Assembly (NCBI GenBank): GCA_963664115.2
Contig: CAXWPJ010000006.1
Location: 256,001 to 320,000, forward strand
Reading direction: 5' to 3'
DNA length: 64,000 nucleotides
From: Terriglobia bacterium
Lineage (GTDB): Bacteria; Acidobacteriota; Terriglobia; 20CM-2-55-15
Both the position numbers and the translations under genes were made by a program. The notes under the pieces were generated by a model that was not told the DNA's origin, did not search any database, and was given only the letters and a program-made list of their open reading frames with translations. Below, one piece after another: positions 9,253-18,748 of the stretch. Position 1 is the stretch's first letter. Each line of letters opens with the position of its first letter.

Positions 9253-10911
9253 CTACCGGCACTCGAAGTTGCTTGCGACCCAATTGGCTCTATCGTTCTG
9301 CCCGCCCGCCGGACCGGCATATGTGGCCAGTTCGGGATAAGGGCAGATCTTGCGCTGATTGTCCACGACACCATCGGTGAGATGCTCTCCCACGAGGTAG
9401 TCGGGCGCGTTACCGTTTTCTACCCAGTCCCTCAGGGGAGCCAAACGGTCAAACGATTCGAGTCCGGGACCCCCACCACAGTGGCTCATGCCAGGCACCA
9501 TGAAGAAGCGTGCTTTTTCACGAGCGGCGTCCAGGTTCCCGCCGAAGGTTTCAGAAACTACGGATCGGTAATAATCCAGAGTCGGTTGCAGCTGCACTTC
9601 TGAATCACCCCACCCGTGCAACAAGAGAAGTTTGCCGTTTTCGCGGTTCAGGAAACGGTTCAAATCCGGATCCTTAGCATCCGTAATCGACATCATGAAG
9701 TCGGCCTTTCCAGCCGTGAGGTCGTCGATGTCGAACTCCCACCAGGCAAACTCCGGAGGCGTGGCCGTTTTGTCCGGGACCTGGGTGATGTCGTTCCGAA
9801 TTGGCATCGGAACGCCTGGAGATTCTTCGTAGAACAGATAGTTGACGTGATCGAGTCCGTATATGAGCCGGAACGGCGTCATGTTGTTGCCTTCGTGGGC
9901 GTACACGTTGCGGCTCCAACCGTATTCGGAACCCAAAGCCAGGCCCTTGGTGATCTGAACCCCGCTGCTGTCGACCGGTCCCCGATAGAAATCTTTGATG
10001 GTTTGAAGTTGGGGCCGGGTGATGCAATCGTCCGCATCGACGCCTGCCGGACACATCCACTCGGCCAGATCGCGGTCCGGATCAAAGTTGCAGCTCGACG
10101 GGTCGGCCAGCAGGCCGTCGCTTATGCCGTCGAGGGCATCGCATTGGTCGATGACTGTGTCCCTCAATATTTCTGATTTCGTCAGGCTTTCGGGAATCCC
10201 ATCGCCGTCGGTGTCAAAGGCCAGGTTGGCGGCGAAGTTGTCCTTGAAGACTTGCTGAGCCATCCAGACATGGCCGGCGTTGAGTGTTTGGTAGTCATAG
10301 ACGGGCGCCTCCGCGACGATACCGTCGAAATCGGCCGGATACCGCTGGGCTTCCATGAGCCCTTGCCGTCCGCCCGTGGAGCAACCCTCAAAATAGGAGT
10401 ATTCGGGCGCACGGTTGTAATAGCGACGGACCGCGGTTTTCGAAGCACTGGCCGTCAGGTGAATGGCACGATAGCCGAAATCGATGACGGAGGGCATATC
10501 TTCACTACCGAACGACGCACCCGGATGGGTTCCCGCGTCATGGCCGGTATTCGAGTTCGCCACGGCGTATCCTTCCGCCAGTCGGTGATCCGCCCAGTCC
10601 AAATCCCCATCCTTGCCGCCGTCTCCGATGTTGAGCAGCCTTCCGTTCCAGTTCGCCTGGAGTGGAAGTTGCATATGGAAGCGGATCCTTCCGGAGATGA
10701 TGCCCTGGATATAGCAGTACTCGGGTGTCTCTCCTGAAGCGGGTACGAGCATCGCCTGTGTTAGCGTCAGGTCCAGGGCGCGGAGCATGGACGCACACAT
10801 AGCCGCATCTTGCGGAGACGCTTGAACACTCTGGCCGGCCACTGCGGGCGTTGCCAGGACCAAAATCGAAGCCACTGCGATCGCACCTAAAGTCGCCAGG
10901 TACTTGAACAC
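9253..10911 (-). CDS. Secreted tannase/feruloyl esterase family alpha/beta hydrolase
   Basis: WNGR, GCSTGGRQG, PADFDGI, HGWGD, PGMSHCGGG, RKICPYP; GTG start 9 nt after AGGAGG; signal peptide. Confidence 0.92.
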   Translation of the reverse strand: MFKYLATLGAIAVASILVLATPAVAGQSVQASPQDAAMCASMLRALDLTLTQAMLVPASGETPEYCYIQGIISGRIRFHMQLPLQANWNGRLLNIGDGGKDGDLDWADHRLAEGYAVANSNTGHDAGTHPGASFGSEDMPSVIDFGYRAIHLTASASKTAVRRYYNRAPEYSYFEGCSTGGRQGLMEAQRYPADFDGIVAEAPVYDYQTLNAGHVWMAQQVFKDNFAANLAFDTDGDGIPESLTKSEILRDTVIDQCDALDGISDGLLADPSSCNFDPDRDLAEWMCPAGVDADDCITRPQLQTIKDFYRGPVDSSGVQITKGLALGSEYGWSRNVYAHEGNNMTPFRLIYGLDHVNYLFYEESPGVPMPIRNDITQVPDKTATPPEFAWWEFDIDDLTAGKADFMMSITDAKDPDLNRFLNRENGKLLLLHGWGDSEVQLQPTLDYYRSVVSETFGGNLDAAREKARFFMVPGMSHCGGGPGLESFDRLAPLRDWVENGNAPDYLVGEHLTDGVVDNQRKICPYPELATYAGPAGGQNDRANWVASNFECR

Positions 10912-11098
10912 TTCCAAAGTCCTCCTGTTACTCGTCCACACGGGTTCCAGCTGCCGTCATGGAGGCGGGAATAAGAAAAGATATAACCTTTTGGGCCCCC
11001 AGTCTAGCGGATGGGGAACACGACAGCGTGTAATATACTGCGGGGGTTTACCCGACGTTCCGGACAGAAGAACGAACCAAACAGATTGGAGACACGCG

Positions 11099-12076
11099 AT
11101 GGAAGGAAAGATAGGGCTGGAAGAGCATTTTGCGGTAGAAGAGACCTTGAACTTCTCCAAGCAATTCATGCCCGCGGACTATTGGAACAAATTGAAGGGC
11201 CGATTGCTGGACTTCCATGAGGAGCGCATCGGCCTGATGGATCAGTACGGCATCCAGATGCTGATTATGTCCCTGAACGCACCGACCATCCAGGCAATTC
11301 CCGACGTGGGACGGGCCATCGAAGTAGCCCGGATTGCGAATGACGTTCTGGCGGAGCAGGTCCAGAAGAGACCGGACCGGTTTCAGGGATTTGCATCTCT
11401 ACCGATGCAGGACCCGGATGCCGCGATCGAAGAGTTGAATCGATGCGTGAAGGAACTCGGCTTTAAAGGCGCCTTGGTAAACGGGTTTTCGCAGGTGGGT
11501 GAAGAGGACTCGGCGATCTTTCTGGATGAAGAGCGTTACTGGCCGTTCTGGGAAGAGGTGGAAAGCCTCGATGTACCGTTCTATCTGCATCCCAGGGACC
11601 CGATTGCTAGCCGCCAGCAAGTCTATGAAGGCCATCCATGGTTTCTGGGCCCTTCCTGGTCATTCGGTGTCGAGACGTCTATTCATGCCTTGCGTCTGAT
11701 GGCCTGTGGGATATTCGACAAGCATCCGCGTCTCAACATCATTTTGGGCCACCTCGGTGAGGGATTACCCTACAGCATCTGGCGCGTTGACCATCGAATT
11801 AAGAAGTCACCGCAGGGTATTCCTGCCAAGAAACCATTGGGCGACTATTTTCGGGCCAACTTTCACATCACGACCGCCGGAAACTTCAGGACGCAGACGC
11901 TGATCGATGCCCTCCTTGAAGTCGGGGGTGACCATTTGCTGTTCTCGACGGACTATCCCTTCGAAGAAATCAGCGATGCGGCCGATTGGTTCGACGTGAC
12001 CAGCATCAGCGAGTCGGACAGGGTTAAGATCGGTCGTACGAACGCCATCAAGCTGTTTAAGCTTGATGACGTGTAA
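11099..12076 (+). CDS. Amidohydrolase-2 aromatic acid decarboxylase (gamma-resorcylate decarboxylase-like)
   Basis: GKIGLEEHF, SLNAP, YLHPR, GHLGEGLP, TTAGNFRTQTL, FSTDYPFE closely resemble the Rhizobium 2,6-dihydroxybenzoate decarboxylase as recalled; start moved to MEGK. Confidence 0.88.
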   Translation: MEGKIGLEEHFAVEETLNFSKQFMPADYWNKLKGRLLDFHEERIGLMDQYGIQMLIMSLNAPTIQAIPDVGRAIEVARIANDVLAEQVQKRPDRFQGFASLPMQDPDAAIEELNRCVKELGFKGALVNGFSQVGEEDSAIFLDEERYWPFWEEVESLDVPFYLHPRDPIASRQQVYEGHPWFLGPSWSFGVETSIHALRLMACGIFDKHPRLNIILGHLGEGLPYSIWRVDHRIKKSPQGIPAKKPLGDYFRANFHITTAGNFRTQTLIDALLEVGGDHLLFSTDYPFEEISDAADWFDVTSISESDRVKIGRTNAIKLFKLDDV

Positions 12077-12192
12077 GTGTGAGGCTTCCAGCGTCGGGCC
12101 AGCGATCAGCCTCCGGTCCCCGGTCAGGAGATCGAACAAGGCAAGTGACCGTTCGGGATGATGGCTGATTAAATGGGATTCTCTGACCGGTT

Positions 12193-12363
12193 ATGACGTC
12201 CATGATGCTCACTGGGTTCGGGTTCCTTGTTTTCGGTTTCTTGATCGCTATGTACCAGCTGTGGCGTGTCTATCGCCGAGGCCGGATTCGGGATAGAGAA
12301 GTCGCCTCGAAGCTTATGGAGTCCGCCTGGACCCGCACGCAGAAGACCGACGAGGATTCATGA
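12193..12363 (+). CDS. Putative 56-aa single-pass membrane protein
   Basis: MTSMMLTGFGFLVFGFLIAMYQLWRVYRRGRIRDRE...; hydrophobic helix followed by an Arg cluster; below the ORF-track cutoff. Confidence 0.45.
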   Translation: MTSMMLTGFGFLVFGFLIAMYQLWRVYRRGRIRDREVASKLMESAWTRTQKTDEDS

Positions 12364-12825
12364 TCCTTCTACCGGAGTCCGTGCGACGCGTCGGGTGACA
12401 AAGAGCACCACTGAAGCGGGTAGCCAGAGGATGGCAGCAAAAATTGTGGGGCCACCGATGAGATGGAAAGCTGCATGCGTCATTTCACCCCCGATCGGAC
12501 CCACCTCGCCTCCTGTGAATATATTGGCCGATCCCGTCGCCACAGCGATCGCGATCCCCAGGGTTATGATGGCTGCGGCCAAGGCGATTTGGATGGAGAG
12601 AAGAACGAGAACCTGCGTGTAAGCGCCAAAACCCTTCTTGTGGACCATAACCGGAAATAAGACGACCGCGACGAAGCTAATTGCCGTCATGCTGAAGAAC
12701 TCCGCGATAGCGGATGCTCCCACAAGTGACAGCAATAAACGGGCCAGTCCGACCGCGGCTGTTACGGTCAGCAGTATCTTTTGAAACTGGACATACTCGC
12801 CAAAACTCTTGCTGAACAAAGTCAT
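12358..12825 (-). CDS. Hypothetical 4-TM membrane protein
   Basis: Four hydrophobic segments; GAGGAG RBS. Confidence 0.75.
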   Translation of the reverse strand: MTLFSKSFGEYVQFQKILLTVTAAVGLARLLLSLVGASAIAEFFSMTAISFVAVVLFPVMVHKKGFGAYTQVLVLLSIQIALAAAIITLGIAIAVATGSANIFTGGEVGPIGGEMTHAAFHLIGGPTIFAAILWLPASVVLFVTRRVARTPVEGS

Positions 12826-12932
12826 GGTGTGCTCCTCTCGGTATCCACTATCTTAGCGTGCCCCTGTTTGACCCCTGCAGGAAAAAACTTATAAGCTGTG
12901 TCGTCCTTTCCTTTTTCCAGGAGCAAATAACT

Positions 12933-14864
12933 TTGATTTCGCGAAAACAACTCTTTGGCAATCCTCGAAAAGCACATGCGCGGATCAGCCCCGATGGACG
13001 CCACCTGGCGTATCTCGCTCCGGTAAACGGTGTTCTCAATATCTGGGTCGGGCCAACGGATGCGCCTGAGTCAGCGGGTCCGGTGACCGAGGACACACAT
13101 CGCGGGATTCGCTCGTTCTTTTGGGCACACACCAACCAGCATGTCTTGTACTCACAAGACACGGACGGTGATGAAGATTGGCACATCTACCGGGTCGACG
13201 TGGATTCGGAAGAGATCGTGGATCTGACGCCTGTCGGTCAGATCGCCGCGCGAATTCAGGGTGTCAGCCCTCGCTTTCCTGAGGAAATTCTCGTAGGCAT
13301 CAACGAAAGGGACGCTCGCCTCCACGATATCTACCGAATTCACATCGGTACCGGAAAAAGAACGCTCGTTCAGGAGAATCCCGGTTTCGCAGGATTCATG
13401 TGCGACGACGCCTACCGTGTTCGTTTCGCCCTGACCTTCACTCCTGACGCCGGCCACCTATACCTGAAGCCGGATTCGAAGGAGGGATGGAAGGAGTTTG
13501 CGAAGATCGACCCCGTGGACGCAATGACCACGCATCCGATGGGGTTTGATAAGTCGGGAGATCGCTACTACCTGCTCGACAGTCGAGGGCGGGACAAGAG
13601 CGCTCTCAAGGCAGTGGATTTGGAGTCGGGGCAGGAAGAACTTTTGGCGGAAAGCGAGTTGGCGGATATCGATGGCGCTATCGTGCATCCTATGGAAAGA
13701 AACGTGCAGGCTGTCACCTTTACCCATGCGAGACAGGAGTGGAGGGTTCTGGACCCGGCCATCGAGGCCGACATCGAATATCTGACAGGCGTGGCTGATG
13801 GGGAGCTCAAAATCACCAGTCGCACTCTCGACGATAGTCAGTGGACGGTGGCGTACACGATGGACACCGGTCCAGTTCATTTTTATCTGTACGACCGAGG
13901 GCAGCGCGAAGCACGATTCCTCTTCACGAGTCAGCCCGAACTGGAGAATCTGGGTCTGGTAAAGATGCACCCGGAGGTCATCCCGGCGCGGGACGGGCTT
14001 GGCCTGGTCAGCTATCTGTCTCTCCCGGCCTCCAGCGATTCGGGAGGCAGCGCCCGTCCCGATCAGCCCGTCCCTATGGTTTTGCTGGTTCACGGAGGGC
14101 CCTGGGCACGCGACGACTGGGGCTACAATCCCCAGCACCAGTGGCTGGCCGATCGCGGTTACGCCGTACTGTCGGTGAACTACAGGGGCTCGACCGGTTT
14201 CGGTAAGAAGTTTATTAACAGCGCGAATCGGGAATGGGCGGGGACGATGCACGACGACTTGATCGATGCCGTCAACTGGGCCGTCGACGAGAAGATCGCC
14301 CTGAAGGGAAAAGTCGCGATTATGGGCGGCAGCTACGGTGGATATGCGACCCTGGTCGGGCTGACGTTCACACCCGAAGTGTTTGCCTGCGGGGTAGACA
14401 TCGTGGGGCCATCCAACCTGATCACCCTGATGGAAAATCCACCGCCGTATTGGGTTCCACTGATGTCCATTATGAAAGTGAGAACAGGGGACTATTCGAC
14501 CGCGGAGGGCCGCGAGTTCTTGAAATCGCGTTCGCCTCTTTTCCATGTCGATAGGATTTGCCGGCCATTGCTGATCGCCCAGGGAAAGCAGGACCCGCGG
14601 GTCAAGCAGGCGGAATCCGACCAGATCGTGGCAGCCATGGAAGCGAAGGGAATTCCCGTCAGTTACATGCTCTTTACTGAGGAAGGCCACGGATTTGCGA
14701 AGCCCGAAAACCGCCAGGCGTTCTATGCCGTCGCGGAGGCCTTTCTGGCCGAACATTTAGGGGGTGCCTACGAACCGATCGGGGACGCGTTCGATGGGGC
14801 GGCGTTCACCGTCCCCGCGGGCTCAACCGAGGTGCCGGGTTTGTCGGATGCTTTGGCCGACTGA
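12933..14864 (+). CDS. S9 family peptidase (acylaminoacyl/dipeptidyl peptidase)
   Basis: HGGPW, NYRGSTGFG, GGSYGG, QDPRV, EGHG; TTG start after AGGAG (start uncertain). Confidence 0.93.
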   Translation: MISRKQLFGNPRKAHARISPDGRHLAYLAPVNGVLNIWVGPTDAPESAGPVTEDTHRGIRSFFWAHTNQHVLYSQDTDGDEDWHIYRVDVDSEEIVDLTPVGQIAARIQGVSPRFPEEILVGINERDARLHDIYRIHIGTGKRTLVQENPGFAGFMCDDAYRVRFALTFTPDAGHLYLKPDSKEGWKEFAKIDPVDAMTTHPMGFDKSGDRYYLLDSRGRDKSALKAVDLESGQEELLAESELADIDGAIVHPMERNVQAVTFTHARQEWRVLDPAIEADIEYLTGVADGELKITSRTLDDSQWTVAYTMDTGPVHFYLYDRGQREARFLFTSQPELENLGLVKMHPEVIPARDGLGLVSYLSLPASSDSGGSARPDQPVPMVLLVHGGPWARDDWGYNPQHQWLADRGYAVLSVNYRGSTGFGKKFINSANREWAGTMHDDLIDAVNWAVDEKIALKGKVAIMGGSYGGYATLVGLTFTPEVFACGVDIVGPSNLITLMENPPPYWVPLMSIMKVRTGDYSTAEGREFLKSRSPLFHVDRICRPLLIAQGKQDPRVKQAESDQIVAAMEAKGIPVSYMLFTEEGHGFAKPENRQAFYAVAEAFLAEHLGGAYEPIGDAFDGAAFTVPAGSTEVPGLSDALAD

Positions 14865-15041
14865 GAGAGGCGGGCAAGGTGTCCGCTCCGAACCCGGTCA
14901 ATGCCCCTTAATTAATTGATTACAAATGGATAAGTCCCCATTCGGGACCTCGATCCACCCCCAGCCCTCTCTGATCCTCGGCCATTTTCGCTTTGAAAAC
15001 CACTGAAGTTCCAGCCTCTTGCCGACGATCAACAGACTGAG

Positions 15042-16622
15042 ATGTGGATCGTTCTGTGTGCTATGGCTTTGATCCTTGGGGGCGTCATCGTCTATGACGT
15101 GATTCAGCGGAAACATGCCATTCTTCGGAACTATCCCGTCATCGGGCACTTTCGATATCTGTCCGAGGCCATTGGCCCGGAACTGAGACAGTACATCGTC
15201 ACGAGCAATAACGAAGAGCGCCCCTTCAGCCGGGACCAACGCAGCTGGATTTATGCTTCATCGAAAAGCGAGAACAACTATTCCGGATTTGGCACCGACG
15301 ATGAACTCGAACTCTCCCCCAACTACACCGTAATCAAGCATTCGGCATTTCCGCTTCCAAGCATTTATCCAGGAGATCCCGGTTACGATGAGCGTCACCG
15401 CATCCCCTCGGCGAAGGTGCTCGGCCGGCATCGCCGACGTCGCAAGGCATTTCGGCCCGCATCCATTGTCAACGTATCCGGTATGAGCTATGGCTCCTTG
15501 AGTGGGGCGGCCATAGAAGCGTTAAATCGGGGTTCCGCAATAGCCGAGTGTTTGCACAACACCGGGGAGGGTGGCGTGTCTCCTTTTCACCAGTCCGGAG
15601 GTGAACTGATATGGCAGATCGGAACCGGCTACTTCGGATGTCGAGACAAGCAGGGCCGATTTTCGATGGAACGGTTTCGAGATACGGTAGCGGCACATCC
15701 GATTCGTGCCATCGAAATCAAACTCAGTCAAGGTGCGAAGCCGGGACTGGGCGGTGTCCTTCCAGGAAGAAAAGTGACCGAAGACATTGCCAACGCGAGG
15801 GGAGTCCCCGCCGGTCAGACATGTGCCAGTCCGAACGCACACAGTGTGTTTACGGACGTGGATAGCATGTTGGATTTTGTAGAGACCCTCGCCGATGTCA
15901 GTGGCCTGCCCGTGGGTATCAAGTCGGCGGTCGGCGACTTGGGTTTTTGGAAGACCCTGGCCGGGGAGATGGCCGCCGGTGGACGTGGGGTTGATTTCGT
16001 CACGGTGGATGGTGGTGAAGGCGGAACCGGCGCCGCACCCATGGTGTTTGCCGACCATGTTGCCCTGCCGTTCAAAAACGGCTTCAGCCGGGTCTACCGG
16101 GAGTTCGCAGAGCAGGGTATTCACGAAAATGTTGTCTTTATCGGTTCGGGAAAACTGGGATTCCCCGAATCAGCGGTTTTTGCCTTTGCCCTGGGTTGCG
16201 ACATGATTGCCGTGGCGCGGGAGGCGATGATGGCCATCGGATGTATTCAGGCACAGCGATGCCACACCGGACACTGTCCCGCCGGTATTGCGACGCAGAA
16301 CAAGTGGCTGGTGCGCGGACTCGACCCGAACTTGAAGGCGGACCGGTTTGCAAACTACATTTGTACCCTGCGCAAGGAGATTGCCGCGCTGGCCGGTGCC
16401 TGCGGGGTCGTGCATCCGGCATTTCTAAGCGACGAGCACGTTGAAATCCTGGATGGCCGCTTCGGAACGTCCTCGCTGTTTGAACTGTTCGGATACCGCG
16501 AGGGTTGGGGTCTTCCATCCCGGGTCGAGAGTGAGGAAATCTGCCGGTTGATCGGGCGCACCCATCCCGACACGATTTCCAACCTGGGGGAGCAATCCAC
16601 CCCACTGAGATTGGCGAGCTAG
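15042..16622 (+). CDS. FMN-binding glutamate synthase family protein, paralog 1
   Basis: SGMSYGSLS, NTGEGG, EIKLSQGAKPG, DGGEGGTGAAP, CIQAQRCHTGHCPAG; N-terminal TM helix. Confidence 0.92.
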   Translation: MWIVLCAMALILGGVIVYDVIQRKHAILRNYPVIGHFRYLSEAIGPELRQYIVTSNNEERPFSRDQRSWIYASSKSENNYSGFGTDDELELSPNYTVIKHSAFPLPSIYPGDPGYDERHRIPSAKVLGRHRRRRKAFRPASIVNVSGMSYGSLSGAAIEALNRGSAIAECLHNTGEGGVSPFHQSGGELIWQIGTGYFGCRDKQGRFSMERFRDTVAAHPIRAIEIKLSQGAKPGLGGVLPGRKVTEDIANARGVPAGQTCASPNAHSVFTDVDSMLDFVETLADVSGLPVGIKSAVGDLGFWKTLAGEMAAGGRGVDFVTVDGGEGGTGAAPMVFADHVALPFKNGFSRVYREFAEQGIHENVVFIGSGKLGFPESAVFAFALGCDMIAVAREAMMAIGCIQAQRCHTGHCPAGIATQNKWLVRGLDPNLKADRFANYICTLRKEIAALAGACGVVHPAFLSDEHVEILDGRFGTSSLFELFGYREGWGLPSRVESEEICRLIGRTHPDTISNLGEQSTPLRLAS

Positions 16623-16686
16623 CCCACATTTTTACTGTCGAAGCCGATTGACGCCCTGATGTCGGGCAGCATACCATCACAGTAGT

Positions 16687-18264
16687 TTGTGGATTCTCAC
16701 CACTATTGTGATCGTTATCGTGGCGGTGACCGGCTACGATCTAATCCAGCGCAAGCACGCCGTGCTCCGCAATTTCCCCATCATTGGTCACTTCCGATAC
16801 CTCTTTGAAGCGGTCGGCCCAGAACTCCGGCAATACATCGTCACAAGTAATAACGAGGAACGTCCTTTCAGCCGGGACCAGCGCTCCTGGATTTATGCGT
16901 CCTCTAAAGGTCAGAACAACTATCGGGGTTTCGGTACCGACGAAGAACTCGAGTTGTCGCCGAATTACATGATCATCAAGCACTCGGCGTTCCCCCTGAT
17001 CGCGCCGAATCCCGAGGATCCCGCTTACGACCCGAGCCACCCCGCACCGTGTGCCAAAGTCTTGGGAGCCGCCCGGGGAAGGGAAAGAGCTTTTCGTCCG
17101 GCCTCAATCGTCAACGTATCCGGGATGAGTTTCGGCTCTCTGAGCGCTCGGGCTGTTGAAGCATTAAACATGGGGAGTCGTGAGGCCGGATGTCTTCAGA
17201 ACACAGGGGAAGGTGGAGTGGCTCCGTGTCACAAGAAGGGTGGAGAACTGATATGGCAGATCGGAACCGGCTATTTCGGGTGCCGTGATGAGCGCGGAGG
17301 TTTTTCCATGGAGCAGTTCCTGGAAACCGTCCATTCTGCTCCGATTCGCGCCATCGAAATCAAACTGAGCCAGGGCGCCAAGCCGGGCCTTGGCGGAGTG
17401 TTACCGGGAGCGAAAGTCTCTCCCGAAATCGCGGCTATACGTGGCATACCGGTCGGTCAAACGTGCGCGAGTCCCTCGCGCCACTCCGCGTTCGGCGATG
17501 TGGACAGCATGCTGGACTTCGTCGAGCTTTTGGCTGACAAGTCGGGATTGCCCGTAGGTATCAAATCGGCAGTGGGTGAAACCAATTTTTGGCGAACATT
17601 GACTCGCCAGATGGCGACGACGAACAGGGGGATAGACTTTTTGACGATTGATGGAGGCGAAGGTGGAACCGGTGCCGGACCTCTGGTGTTTACCGACCAC
17701 GTCGCACTTCCTTTCAAGCAGGGTTTCAGCCGTGTGTATCGCGAATTTGCGGAAGCTGGAATTCAGGATCGTGTGGTTTTTATCGGGTCCGGTCGGCTGG
17801 GATTCCCCGAATCCGCCATCCTGGCGTTTTCACTGGGCTGCGACATGATCGCCGTCGGGCGAGAGGCGATGATGTCCATCGGTTGTATACAGGCCCAGCG
17901 ATGCCACACCGGTCATTGCCCCACGGGAGTTGCCACGCAGAACAAGTGGCTCATTCGCGGATTGGATCCTCAGCTGAAGTCCGCTCGTCTGGCCAACTAT
18001 ATCTACACCTTGCGTAAGGAACTGCTGTCGGTATCGCGGGCCTGCGGCCTATTTCATCCCGCATTGTTGACCGATGCCCACATCGAGATTCTGGACGGGC
18101 GTTTTGGGGCGGCATCTCTTTTCGATGTGTTCCATTACAGAGATGACTGGGGTCTGCCTTCGAAGCGGGACACCAGAGAGATTTGCCGGATCATGGAAAG
18201 TTGTTCTGGCGTAGAGACCTCACCGGACATTCTGCCTGAGATGGCCGCTATGAATCCTCATTAG
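16687..18264 (+). CDS. FMN-binding glutamate synthase family protein, paralog 2
   Basis: Same motifs as paralog 1; colinear tandem copy. Confidence 0.92.
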   Translation: MWILTTIVIVIVAVTGYDLIQRKHAVLRNFPIIGHFRYLFEAVGPELRQYIVTSNNEERPFSRDQRSWIYASSKGQNNYRGFGTDEELELSPNYMIIKHSAFPLIAPNPEDPAYDPSHPAPCAKVLGAARGRERAFRPASIVNVSGMSFGSLSARAVEALNMGSREAGCLQNTGEGGVAPCHKKGGELIWQIGTGYFGCRDERGGFSMEQFLETVHSAPIRAIEIKLSQGAKPGLGGVLPGAKVSPEIAAIRGIPVGQTCASPSRHSAFGDVDSMLDFVELLADKSGLPVGIKSAVGETNFWRTLTRQMATTNRGIDFLTIDGGEGGTGAGPLVFTDHVALPFKQGFSRVYREFAEAGIQDRVVFIGSGRLGFPESAILAFSLGCDMIAVGREAMMSIGCIQAQRCHTGHCPTGVATQNKWLIRGLDPQLKSARLANYIYTLRKELLSVSRACGLFHPALLTDAHIEILDGRFGAASLFDVFHYRDDWGLPSKRDTREICRIMESCSGVETSPDILPEMAAMNPH

Positions 18265-18341
18265 TATCCCGAGTTAAAAGTTCGCAACAAAAGATTTTGC
18301 TCCGTCGTTGATGCGGAAGAGCTCTCCCGGCGTTACGAATT

Positions 18342-18545
18342 TCAATTCTCCGGCTTGACATCAATCGCCACGAGTCGTCCAAGAGAAGGCGGATAATGGC
18401 CCAAGTTAAGTCCGGTTCCGAAACCGATCTCAAGCGTATCGCCGCGGACGTTTTCCAGGGTTTGTTGCCGCACTTCATCGAAGTTTTCGCCCGACATGAC
18501 GAAGTTCAGGATCCGGGGAAATACATAGCTCGAATACATGCCCAT
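18342..18545 (-). pseudogene. Truncated class I SAM methyltransferase
   Basis: MGMYSSYVFPR...LEIGFGTGLNL...VAID, then a stop after 67 aa. Confidence 0.75.
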
Positions 18546-18648
18546 GTCTTTGGTCACAACCTGCGGACTCACGTTAACAGATCTCGATGGCAATGAGCAG
18601 AAAGCCCAGAATTCGCAGAAATTGTGAGGCGGATTGGGATCAGCCCGG

Positions 18649-18657
18649 TGTTATAAT
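18649..18657 (+). promoter_or_regulatory. Extended -10 promoter of the desaturase gene
   Basis: TGtTATAAT about 90 nt upstream of the ATG. Confidence 0.55.
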
Positions 18658-18748
18658 ACTCTGTTTGTTAGAGTTGGTGTTCTTCGGCAGCTGCAGTAAA
18701 TGTGCCCGGGGAACTGCTGGATAGAAACACAATGGAAGGCATTCCCAA

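Noticed and set aside
13458-14756. 432-aa antisense ORF (also 46362-47225, 56057-56866, 26119-26844 and similar)
   Set aside because: Shadow ORFs opposite well-supported genes in GC-rich DNA, with no recognisable motifs
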